From: Candidatus Adlerbacteria bacterium
Lineage (GTDB): Bacteria > Patescibacteriota > Minisyncoccia > Phycocordibacterales > SBAW01
Direction of reading: 5' to 3'
NCBI GenBank assembly: GCA_029288895.1
Contig: JARIGK010000001.1
Location: 134,682-198,681 of the forward strand
DNA length: 64,000 nt
Numbering within the stretch: the first letter of the stretch is position 1; each line of letters starts with the position of its first letter. The position numbers were made by a program, and so were the translations under genes. The notes beneath the pieces are model-generated. The model saw nothing but the letters and a program-made list of their open reading frames with translations. It was not told the DNA's origin and made no database searches. Positions 51,738-60,652 of the stretch are shown here, piece by piece.

Positions 51738-53352
51738 ATGGAAGGTGCCAAGAAATACATTTTGTACGCTCGTAAAAGCTCCGAGTCTGAAGATAGACAA
51801 ATGGCCTCGATTGATTCTCAGGTACAAGAGCTTCAAAAACTCGCTGCAGAGCTTCGTTTAGAGGTCGTAGACGTGCTTTCGGAGTCTCAGTCTGCCAAAG
51901 CTCCGGGCAGGCCTGTTTTTAATACCCTGCTCGCTCGGATTCAGGCTGGAGAGGCCGATGGCATCCTTTGTTGGAAGATTAATCGTCTGGCTCGTAACCC
52001 GATAGATGGCGGACAGATAAGCTGGTTGCTCCAGGGCGGAACGCTGAAGCATATACAGACCTTTGGTCGAGGCTATTACTCCACCGACAATGTCATCATG
52101 ATGGCGGTGGAGCTTGGTATGGCGAACCAGTTTATCCGTGACCTAAGTACTGACACAAAGCGTGGATTGAAAGCCAAGGCAGAGCGCGGCTGGTATCCAA
52201 CTTTTGCTTCCATCGGGTATATGCACAATCCTTATAAACACAAAGGGCAAAAAGAAATAATCGAGGATCCAGAACGTTTTGATTTGGTGCGGAAGATGTT
52301 CGACTTTATGCTCACGGGCAACTACACTCCGCCCAAGATTTTAGAGCTGGCCAACGATCAGTGGGGTCTTCGAACTCGCCAGGGCAATAAAATAGCTCGA
52401 AGTAATATCTACCGTATTTTTTCTGATCCCTTCTACTACGGCGAATTTGAGTACCCCAAAGGCAGCGGTAACTGGCACAAAGGACAGCACAAAGCGATGA
52501 TAACAAGGCAGGAGTTCGACCGAATCCAGTTTTTTGATTGGACGCAAGGATTCAATACGACCCAAGACCTATGAATTTGATTTCAGAGGACCAATCCACT
52601 GTGGTGAGTGCGGAGCAATGATCACCGCAGAACATAAACTCAAGCGCCAGAAGAATGGGCTGGTTCGAAGCTATATTTATTACCACTGCACAAAACGCAA
52701 ACAGATTGCCTGCTCCCAGCCGTCAATCGAAGAAAAAGAGCTAAATCGGCAGATATCTGAAATCGTTGGAAGATTGGAAATACCCGAATCGTTTTATAAG
52801 TGGGCCATGGACATCCTTAGAGAACAAAACGCAGTGGAGTCCAAGGGCAGAGAGCAGATCGTCGCCCGACAAAGAAAAGAATACGATTTAGTAATGGAGA
52901 AAATAGATCGACTGATCGATCTGAGGTCTGCAGGGGAAATCACGGCAGATGAGTTTGCGGACAGGAAGCGCTTTTTAAACGGTGAAAAAAGCGCTCTGGA
53001 GGCTCTCTTGGCCACGACAGCCGCCGGGGTCAGTGAGTGGCTAGACACCGTCGATAAGTATTTTTCATTTGCTGAAAGTGCCAAGCGCGCGTTCGATCAC
53101 GGCACTCTGGAGATAAAACGGGAGATTTTAGGGGCTCTTGGTTCGAACCTTCTTTTGAAAGATAGGAAATTGAGCGTCAGTCTCGCTAAACCTCTGACTC
53201 TTATCGAAACGGTAGCTTCTGAAGCTCGCACTATTAGCCAAATGTTCGAACCTCTAGACACCGTTGTTAAACAACGTGATATCAGACAAATCTACTCTGA
53301 AAATCCTAACTTGCTCCGCGACCAGGACTCGAACCTGGAACCAACTCCTTAA
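51738..53352 (+). pseudogene. Large serine recombinase split by +1 frameshift in T6 run at 52530-52535
   Basis: YARKS catalytic Ser, RLARN, recombinase domain, CGECG/YYHC Zn ribbon, coiled coil; two overlapping ORFs. Confidence 0.92.
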
Positions 53353-53385
53353 CAGGGAGCTGCTCTACCATTGAGCTATCGCGGA
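53314..53385 (-). tRNA. tRNA-Asn(GTT)
   Basis: TCCGCGA/TCGCGGA acceptor stem, D arm TAGCTCAATGGTAGAGC, anticodon loop CTGTTAA, GGTTCGAGTCC; CCA not encoded. Confidence 0.97.
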
Positions 53386-53591
53386 ATGTTTTTGACCGCT
53401 TGCGCGGCTGTGAGAAATATAGCGTATTTAGGGCAAGAAGAAAACCCTCCCTGCGCGGTTGAGGGTGTGGGGTACATTTCTAACCGCTGCCTACGCGGGA
53501 TTTCTGTTTTTCAATTTATATAAATTTTATAACTATTTGATGCACTATCTGCTAGGGTCAAAAAAGAGGGAATACGGGAAAGCGAGGGGGA

Positions 53592-53813
53592 ATGAATGCG
53601 GAAAAACTGCTTGAGTTCTATCGCTATCAAGAAAAGTTTTATTCGAGTAAAATCGAAGAAACGCGCGCCATAGCGAAGGACGCCCATACTGCAGTAGTTA
53701 AAAGAGGATGGGAGGTGTTGATCCAGCATTGGGAGCGCATGCATACAAACGCTCAGGCCCAGATCTGTGCATTAGAAAAACAGATAGAGGACCAACGCCA
53801 CAGTAGGCAGTAG
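53592..53813 (+). CDS. Small coiled-coil hypothetical protein
   Basis: GAGGGG SD, hairpin at 53785-53826. Confidence 0.55.
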   Translation: MNAEKLLEFYRYQEKFYSSKIEETRAIAKDAHTAVVKRGWEVLIQHWERMHTNAQAQICALEKQIEDQRHSRQ

Positions 53814-53849
53814 GTCCTCTTTTTCTGTCTCACGTTGTGTGTTGTTTTT

Positions 53850-54527
53850 TTACTGCACAACTATTGTTGCCGTTGCAGTGTCGCCGCCAGTGCCAAGGAA
53901 GGTGTAGGTGTACGTGCCGGGGATGCTCGGGAGGCGGACGCTGCCTGTCGAGAAGTTGCCGCCGCCATCTGCGTGTGCGTGTGCCACCTGCATACCACTC
54001 ATCATAACCATGACATCTTCTTCAGCCATAAAGTTGTGACCGCCGAAATCAATTTGGTCGCCCGCTGCTTTCATCATGCCCTGTTGGTCGATGTGCGCGA
54101 CGCCCATCATTGGTGGAGTTGTGGTGCCGCCGTCTGGCATTGTAGTGGTACCCATGCCAAGGAGGTAATGGATAAACCATTCAAGTTGCGAGGTGAAGTT
54201 GGGGAAGGTAGGTTCGAGCCCACGCAATGCACTGATAAACGAATTCAAGTCGCCGGACGTTGGCGGAGTTGTAGTGCCTGTGGTGCTTGTGCCTGTTGAT
54301 GTGCTAAAAACAGTGCCCGTGAGCATACCTTGGAGCATGCTGCTTGTTGTGGACGACGTTGTTGTTGCAGTTGTCGATGTTGCTGTTGCAGATGATGCGT
54401 CAATAACAGTCCCTGTTAATGTGTTCGATGTCGAAGTGGCTTGTTGTGCATGAGCGAGCGCAGTAGTGCTACCAATACCAATAATGAGCGCCGCACTCAT
54501 GAGCCACAGTATGTTCTGTGCTCTCAT
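53850..54527 (-). CDS. Secreted Thr-rich protein with Met-rich Ig-like C-terminal domain
   Basis: Signal peptide; GHNF..EEDV...ADGGGNF domain similar to part of 35996-37105. Confidence 0.75.
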   Translation of the reverse strand: MRAQNILWLMSAALIIGIGSTTALAHAQQATSTSNTLTGTVIDASSATATSTTATTTSSTTSSMLQGMLTGTVFSTSTGTSTTGTTTPPTSGDLNSFISALRGLEPTFPNFTSQLEWFIHYLLGMGTTTMPDGGTTTPPMMGVAHIDQQGMMKAAGDQIDFGGHNFMAEEDVMVMMSGMQVAHAHADGGGNFSTGSVRLPSIPGTYTYTFLGTGGDTATATIVVQ

Positions 54528-54675
54528 CGAACAACTCTACGCCTCGCGTAGTAAATGGTGGGTGAACCCATGCGCACAAAGTTGCTTTTTTTCAAAAGTA
54601 ATGTAGAGTTTTGGGCGGATAGACTCCCGCGGTGCGTATGTGTCGCCGTGCAATCTGGGTGAGGGAATACATACT

Positions 54676-55443
54676 ATGTGGACCTTTTTCAAAGCGTTTG
54701 GCGCTCTTCTGGCGTTCAAATACTTAGTGTTTTGGATGGAAACGAAGTATCACTTCGTGGCCAACTTCATCGCGAACTCGCAGGGTATCATCGCGCAGAA
54801 GGTGCCGTCCGTCCTAGGGCTTCCTGTCACTGCGATGTCTGTCGCGTTTGCGGCCAGTATCGTCGTGGCAGTGGTCTGCTCGATCAGGTGGCCAATGCTT
54901 ATGCCAGCACTTATCGTCATGAGTGTTGTCGAATTGCTGGCGTTCTTTCCGCAGATCAACCAGCACTTCGACAATCCGCAGACGGCGTTCTGGTCTCTGA
55001 ACGGCGCGATCTCAATCGTGGTCTCGGCGTTCCTGCTCGACCGCCGCGAGATGTGGCACGTCTATAGCTTCTGGCGAGTGGTTTCCAAACTGGTCTTGCC
55101 GGTTGCTTTCGTCGCGATCAACTTCGCGCTGTCTCTGATCTATGCCAACGTCGCGTTCAACGATAAGCGCTTCTGGATCTCGGGTCTGCTTATCGTGGCC
55201 TCCTGCACGACGGTGTTCTTCACCAGCCTTCTGGGCCTCGAAGATCTGGCGTTCTCGATCCGTAACGCGAGGCGCCTGCCCAAGATCGAGGATGATCTGA
55301 AGAAAGCCAACGAGGAAGTCGTCCGTCTGCAAGGGTTGGTCTCCAAGCCGACGCTTGTTCCTGAAACGCCGGCTCCTCCGGCAGCTCCTACCACTCCAAC
55401 TCATTTGAAGGCCGTTACAATCGAACGGGCGCGGGCGAGTTAA
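54676..55443 (+). CDS. Multi-TM hypothetical protein
   Basis: About 6 TM plus coiled-coil/Pro-rich tail; terminator 55473-55510. Confidence 0.75.
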   Translation: MWTFFKAFGALLAFKYLVFWMETKYHFVANFIANSQGIIAQKVPSVLGLPVTAMSVAFAASIVVAVVCSIRWPMLMPALIVMSVVELLAFFPQINQHFDNPQTAFWSLNGAISIVVSAFLLDRREMWHVYSFWRVVSKLVLPVAFVAINFALSLIYANVAFNDKRFWISGLLIVASCTTVFFTSLLGLEDLAFSIRNARRLPKIEDDLKKANEEVVRLQGLVSKPTLVPETPAPPAAPTTPTHLKAVTIERARAS

Positions 55444-55604
55444 TCTCAAGCTCGAGTCGATTTTTCTGCCTTGGCCGGACCCTTCACGGGGCCCGGCCTT
55501 TTTCTTTTTTCAAAAGCTTGCAAAATTTAATAGTTGTGGTATTAAATATATTGTTGAGTTCTCTATAGTAGAAGCCCAAAAAGGGCAGAAAGGCAGAGTG
55601 AAAA

Positions 55605-56351
55605 GTGACAGATGCAACCGTGCCGGGCGCCAAAGAGGCCCCGGCTGCTACGCCGCTCCCGAAGGTTCTTCGGGAGAAGAAGGTCATCGAATTCGTGCAT
55701 TGCTATTCGCACGGGCTCGCGATCTACTACTGGCCGCTGTTCGTCGTGCCGCTGATTATGGGCGTGCTCGTCCATTTCGGCGTCGTCGGCGGCAAGGCCG
55801 CATGCTGGACGGTGATTTTTGCCTACTACCTGGTCGGCAACGTCGCCTTCGACCTCTCAAGGACGGCCGCTTTCGCGCTTGGCGCGTTGGTGTTCGGTCT
55901 TGTGATGGCCGCGCTCTTCGCCCAGGCGCAGTGGCAGATCCCGTTCTTCCACTGGCTCGGCGTCCAGCTCTCGTCCATTCCGATGGATTGGACATTGGAG
56001 GTGCAGGGTATTTTCTTCACCCTCGCGGCGATCTTCTTCGGCCTCTGGTGCTACGAAATCGTGGATTCCATCACGGACGGCAAGTGGGTGTTCTCGCGCA
56101 ACGAGTTCGTCCACGATCAGTGGGGTCGTCGTGACAAGAGCCTGGCTCGCGGCCAGTGCACCGTCACGGTCTCGACGCCCGATCGCTTCAAGTGGCTTCT
56201 CGGCTTGGGCGGCGCCCAGATCGAGATCCATGCTGCGGAGGACAACAACCGCGTCCATGCGATCATCCCGAATGTGATCTTCGGCGCCCGCAAGGGCCGG
56301 CAGATCCATGCACTACTGCAAGCGTTGCAGGTGGTCAAGCTCTCATCGTAG
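55605..56351 (+). CDS. 4-TM hypothetical protein with soluble beta-rich C-terminal domain
   Basis: ORF with biased codon usage; terminator 56373-56408. Confidence 0.75.
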   Translation: MTDATVPGAKEAPAATPLPKVLREKKVIEFVHCYSHGLAIYYWPLFVVPLIMGVLVHFGVVGGKAACWTVIFAYYLVGNVAFDLSRTAAFALGALVFGLVMAALFAQAQWQIPFFHWLGVQLSSIPMDWTLEVQGIFFTLAAIFFGLWCYEIVDSITDGKWVFSRNEFVHDQWGRRDKSLARGQCTVTVSTPDRFKWLLGLGGAQIEIHAAEDNNRVHAIIPNVIFGARKGRQIHALLQALQVVKLSS

Positions 56352-56470
56352 GGCTTCGGCGCACAAACATAGAGCCGGTATCCCACAAGGATGCCGGTTT
56401 TTCTTTTTCTATACATGATCTTGACAAAAGGGGATAGATAGTTGCATAGTATTCTCAGGAGGACATAGAT

Positions 56471-56650
56471 ATGCTCAAAAAGGTCTCGGAGTTTCTGCTC
56501 AAATGCTTGGGCAAGCTCGCGCTTTCGACCATGGTCATCGGGCTCTGTTTCCTGGTCGCCGTGGTGTTTTCAATGATCGGCGCTTCAATTGAATCGCTTG
56601 GCCACACCATCGAACACGCGGCCCAGCAATTTGAAGTGGGCACGCACTGA
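56471..56650 (+). CDS. 59-aa TM peptide; not in ORF track
   Basis: TTGACA promoter at 56421, AGGAGG SD; MLKKVSEFLLKCLGKLALST... Confidence 0.6.
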   Translation: MLKKVSEFLLKCLGKLALSTMVIGLCFLVAVVFSMIGASIESLGHTIEHAAQQFEVGTH

Positions 56651-56662
56651 AGGGAGAAGGAC

Positions 56663-56971
56663 ATGGTTTCTGCAATCCGCAGATGGTATCTGTATGATCG
56701 ACGCAACGCCAGGCAGGGCATCTTCTTAATGGTGGCGACCGCGCTTTGTTTGGGTGGTGCGTACATGTTGCCACGCCCAGAAGAGACGGGGCCGCTGCCC
56801 GAGCCGACGACGTCCAGTTGGACCATCAAGTGTTATGAGGCGAGGAGCCTCGAGGTGGATCAGCTGATGCGCAAAATCGCGCAGTCGCAGACCATGCGGG
56901 GGTATAGATACCTCGGCAATGGCTATGGCTGCAATGATGCGCACGCCGTGGCGGAGTACATCATCGATTAG
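56663..56971 (+). CDS. Small membrane-anchored hypothetical protein
   Basis: GGAGAAGG SD, one TM, Cys pair; terminator 56991-57026. Confidence 0.65.
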   Translation: MVSAIRRWYLYDRRNARQGIFLMVATALCLGGAYMLPRPEETGPLPEPTTSSWTIKCYEARSLEVDQLMRKIAQSQTMRGYRYLGNGYGCNDAHAVAEYIID

Positions 56972-57094
56972 CTGGGCAACCAGCGCAAACAAAAGGCTCA
57001 GGCGAAATCCTGGCCTTTTATTTTTTCAGTACCCTTGACTATTTTAATTTTTAAAGTATAAATACATCGGAAACTTTCACAAGGAGGAACAGCC

Positions 57095-57865
57095 ATGGAG
57101 CTGTCGCATTTACTGCTGTATTTTTCGGAACTGATGTGCGCCCTGGTCTGCTGGGAAATGCTCAAGTTGGGCATGGACCACCAGACCGCGAAGTGCCGCA
57201 TCGCACAGGGTGCTGAAGGTGCGCATGAAGTCGGGCAGTTCGCTCCCGGCTACTTCACCTTCCTCACCGTCCAAACCTTCCCGCTATTGTTAACAGGGGT
57301 GGTCATCGGCGATGTGTTCATCACACTCACGCGTAGCGCTATGCTCGGCATCGCGCTCGTGACGTATGCCCTGACGATCAGCGCTGATGGTGCGCTCGAT
57401 AATAAGCGCATGCGGTGGTGGGCACGCTTCTGGATCATCGCGCTCATATTGGGCACGATGGTATGGAAACAGTCTCCGGAAGTGCGCGGCTTCGTGCACG
57501 ACTGGGAGAAGTGGATTGCGGCGGCATCGGTAATCACGATGCTCGTATTTTTCTTCTTCGGCCAGCTGCGCGTGGGGTTACAGCTCTGGCGCCACTTCCT
57601 TGGTGGCAACACCACAAACAAGCGTCTGAGCATCCAGTTCAAGCGCCTGCTCTACTTCGCACCGCAGGCCATCTTCTATGGGATGGTGCCGTCGTCGGCG
57701 GACCCGATCAGCCTCCCGTTCCTGAGCTTCTTGGGGACGTTCGATCCGATCTTCTTCAATGGTGTCACCGGCACCCTCGGCGTCATCTTCGTCCTCGCGC
57801 TGGCCTTCTTTGGCAAGCTGTTGGGCGCAGGCAATCGTACGCAAGATACGATGGCGCGAGCCTAA
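57095..57865 (+). CDS. About 7-TM hypothetical protein
   Basis: AAGGAGG SD, TTGACT promoter, terminator 57872-57916. Confidence 0.75.
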   Translation: MELSHLLLYFSELMCALVCWEMLKLGMDHQTAKCRIAQGAEGAHEVGQFAPGYFTFLTVQTFPLLLTGVVIGDVFITLTRSAMLGIALVTYALTISADGALDNKRMRWWARFWIIALILGTMVWKQSPEVRGFVHDWEKWIAAASVITMLVFFFFGQLRVGLQLWRHFLGGNTTNKRLSIQFKRLLYFAPQAIFYGMVPSSADPISLPFLSFLGTFDPIFFNGVTGTLGVIFVLALAFFGKLLGAGNRTQDTMARA

Positions 57866-58015
57866 TACATGGGCCGCAGAATGAATTCATACTTCATTCT
57901 GCGGCCTTTTCTTTTTGGAAATACACTCTCAGGGAAGAGCTAGACATTTCAAAAAATTATGCTATAACTACGTCAGACGATAAAATTCAAATTCAAGCAA
58001 GAAGGAGAAGGGACC

Positions 58016-58861
58016 ATGAGTCCTGAACAGGAACAGTTGCTAATGGACCAGGAGTCCAGAACCAGGCTCCCGGACCCCGACGAGGTGCTCAACTTCGGTT
58101 ACTCGATCTACGTGGCCGACGATGACTCTTCGACCCCGCAGTCGCGGTTGGTCGCCAGACACAACGTGCGGCGACATCGCATGACGCAGCCCCGAAATGA
58201 TGTCGAGAGAGCATATCTTCTCTCGGCTCATGATATCGCCGTGGCATTCAGCCGTTCGCTGAGCAGGCGCAAGGGGCTCTGGCTCCAGGAGATACGGGAC
58301 GCTCGAGAAGAATACGATTTCGAGCGACTGAGACTGGCGGAAGCCAGAAAGGAGATGGCGTTCTTCACCATCAGCTGGGGTCTCGTCAAGATGGCCGCTG
58401 TGGCCCTGCTCGGGTACGTCACCGCGCAGGTCATTGGGTTCTTCATCCCTGCAGACATCGCCAGCGAAACTGGGAGTAAAATCCCTGGCATCCTTGGCGG
58501 CCTAGTCTTCGTCTGCTTCTTTCGCTGGCTCGTATCAACCTTCAACGACCAACGTCGCGGCGAAGTCGACAGTCGGTATCGTCAGCGTATAACGGAAGCG
58601 AACGATGTCTACGACGAGGGCAAACTTTCGGAGTTCCGCCTCTACCAGGCGAAGCTCTGTGAAGCCTGGCTCCAGTACACCGCGGAGGAGTACGTGAGTA
58701 AGATCTCGTACGTCGATGTCATGGAGAGCGATCTCCGTGCTCGTCGTCAGATCCAGCGCCGGTTGAACAACAGCCGCACGCTCACGGTCGCTCTTCGAGT
58801 GTTCCGTCTGCAGAAGGCCATCCTTGTGCAGATCACACGCAGGCGTCGCGCTGTCGCCTGA
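58016..58861 (+). CDS. 2-TM coiled-coil hypothetical protein
   Basis: AGGAG SD; terminator 58869-58907 abuts fmt stop. Confidence 0.75.
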   Translation: MSPEQEQLLMDQESRTRLPDPDEVLNFGYSIYVADDDSSTPQSRLVARHNVRRHRMTQPRNDVERAYLLSAHDIAVAFSRSLSRRKGLWLQEIRDAREEYDFERLRLAEARKEMAFFTISWGLVKMAAVALLGYVTAQVIGFFIPADIASETGSKIPGILGGLVFVCFFRWLVSTFNDQRRGEVDSRYRQRITEANDVYDEGKLSEFRLYQAKLCEAWLQYTAEEYVSKISYVDVMESDLRARRQIQRRLNNSRTLTVALRVFRLQKAILVQITRRRRAVA

Positions 58862-58907
58862 ATCTTTGGCCGCATCAGGGGTAACACCTTGATGCGGCTT
58901 TTCTTTT

Positions 58908-59768
58908 TTACTGAGTGCTGCGTACGTAGTCGTCGTACGGCATTTCTTTTTTGCCTTCGGGGATGACTTTCAAGAGTGTGAGGGTGCCATCTTCGACTAC
59001 TGCATCAGTAATGATGACGCGTTTGTTATCGCTCGTGATGAAATGCGCGCGCGGGTTTTTGTCGAATGCGCGGATTTTGAGAAGTTGCTGGTGTGCGTCG
59101 CCATTGAGGTCGATGCGCGAATCTGCATCGCTAAATTTGCGAGTGAATGTCGCAGCAGACTCGTCCTGCTCTTCGGCATCAATCTGTCCCGCGAGCCAGT
59201 GGGGAATAGTTTCCGCAAGCAAATTGCCACCTTCGGTTGCCAAGAGTTCTTCAAACTCGCTGCCTTTTGGCGGCCACTGTTCTGCTTCAAGCTCAATTCG
59301 AGCCTGCGAGATAATAGGCCCCGCGTCCATCTTTTCTGCCATCTGCATAATGGTGACGCCAGTTGCGCGCTCGTCGGCCAATATTGCTGAGAGTGCAGGC
59401 GAGGGGCCCCGGAATTTTGGCAGGAGTGATGGGTGTACGTTGAGGCATTTGCCAGCGGGCATATCGAGCAAATTTTTTGGAATCAGTTTTGCGTACGCTG
59501 CAACGACGAAGAGGTCCCATTCTGTGTTTTGAAGTTCTGCCAAAAAATCTTCATCTTTGAGTGTTGTGGGCGTCAGTACATCGATCCCACGTTCAAGCGC
59601 CCACTGCTTGGCAGGGGATGGAGTTAATTTCAAACCGCGGCCCTGAGGTTTGTCGGGCGCTGTGACAACGAGTGCGGGCAGCATGCCGTGGCGCTCAAGC
59701 GCGTCCAACACAAAGACCGAAAATTTCGGTGTACCAAAAAATGCAAAAAGAGGTTGCTTAGTGTTCAT
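58908..59768 (-). CDS. fmt: Methionyl-tRNA formyltransferase
   Basis: FFGTP, PDKPQGRG, NVHPSLLPKFRG, MDAGPI. Confidence 0.96.
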   Translation of the reverse strand: MNTKQPLFAFFGTPKFSVFVLDALERHGMLPALVVTAPDKPQGRGLKLTPSPAKQWALERGIDVLTPTTLKDEDFLAELQNTEWDLFVVAAYAKLIPKNLLDMPAGKCLNVHPSLLPKFRGPSPALSAILADERATGVTIMQMAEKMDAGPIISQARIELEAEQWPPKGSEFEELLATEGGNLLAETIPHWLAGQIDAEEQDESAATFTRKFSDADSRIDLNGDAHQQLLKIRAFDKNPRAHFITSDNKRVIITDAVVEDGTLTLLKVIPEGKKEMPYDDYVRSTQ

Positions 59769-60297
59769 CGTCGGTTTCTTTTGAATCTTCCAAGGTCACT
59801 GCCTTGTCTATATATAGTATGCCGTCCAGGTGGTCGACTTCGTGCTGGAAGATATGCGCAATAAGGCCCGAGCCATGGTACGTAAAGGGTTTGCCTTTTT
59901 CATCCCATGCTTCGATCGTCGCTTTTTCGTGGCGCATCACCGTGCCATATTTGCCGCGCACCGACAAGCATCCTTCGCCCATCTCTTTCTTCTTTTTCGA
60001 AAGGCGTTTCAGAACTGGGTTGATAAAAACAGTGGGGTACACCTTCGCAGGAATTTCTTCTGGCGTCTCAGTTTCCTCCTCGTCTTTTTTGTACGACTTC
60101 GGAGCAACAACAAAGACGCGTAGTGCGCTGCCGACTTGTGGCGCGGCAATGGCGACGCCGTGCGGCTCGTTCGCGAGTGTGTCTCTCATTTTATTGATGA
60201 GGGAGGAGAGTTCTTTTGTGCCGATGTCTTTTTTGAGTACGGCTCGTGCCTTTTCGCGTAATACGGGGGCGCCATCTTGGACGACGGGGTCTTTCAT
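59758..60297 (-). CDS. def: Peptide deformylase
   Basis: GVAIAAPQ, EGCLS, QHEVDHLDG. Confidence 0.97.
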   Translation of the reverse strand: MKDPVVQDGAPVLREKARAVLKKDIGTKELSSLINKMRDTLANEPHGVAIAAPQVGSALRVFVVAPKSYKKDEEETETPEEIPAKVYPTVFINPVLKRLSKKKKEMGEGCLSVRGKYGTVMRHEKATIEAWDEKGKPFTYHGSGLIAHIFQHEVDHLDGILYIDKAVTLEDSKETDDEH

Positions 60298-60366
60298 GTG
60301 TGAAGATATAATGCAATATTTTTGCGAAAAAGGAAAGGGTTTCGAGAGAAGTTGTATACTGGAGCC

Positions 60367-60651
60367 ATGGACCATATCGGCTCGCACATGAAGGGATTTG
60401 TCCGAGGAAAATCGCGTGCAACAGAGCGCGGCGAGCTGATGGAATATTTTATACAAAAACTCAATGCGTCGCGTGCACAAGACGGTTTGGCGCCGATGAC
60501 TATGGGCCGCATGGGGCGCGTGCTTGTCGGCATCCCCACCAAAGACCTCTACTTTTTAAAGAGCGTGTGCGACGATGCACAAAAGCGAAATGGCGTGAGT
60601 GCGTTTTCTAAAAAATTTTGGTGGGAAGTAAAACCTAAAGATACAAAATAA
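60367..60651 (+). CDS. Small basic hypothetical protein upstream of murA
   Basis: 94 aa, TERGEL...FSKKFWW; TATACT 6 nt upstream. Confidence 0.75.
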   Translation: MDHIGSHMKGFVRGKSRATERGELMEYFIQKLNASRAQDGLAPMTMGRMGRVLVGIPTKDLYFLKSVCDDAQKRNGVSAFSKKFWWEVKPKDTK

Positions 60652-60652
60652 T

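Larger units (their letters stand above)
45793..53319. mobile_element. About 7.5-kb integrative element at tRNA-Asn 3' end
   Basis: Flanking GCTCCGC core, serine recombinase, DUF5659-like and wHTH genes, lexA-umuC cargo, AT-richer composition. Confidence 0.8.

Noticed and set aside
45793-53319. Prophage
   Set aside because: No terminase, portal, capsid, tail or lysis genes.
54582-58910. Classical integron
   Set aside because: No tyrosine integrase, no consistent RYYYAAC/GTTRRRY attC ends; the hairpins look like terminators and the genes have their own promoters.
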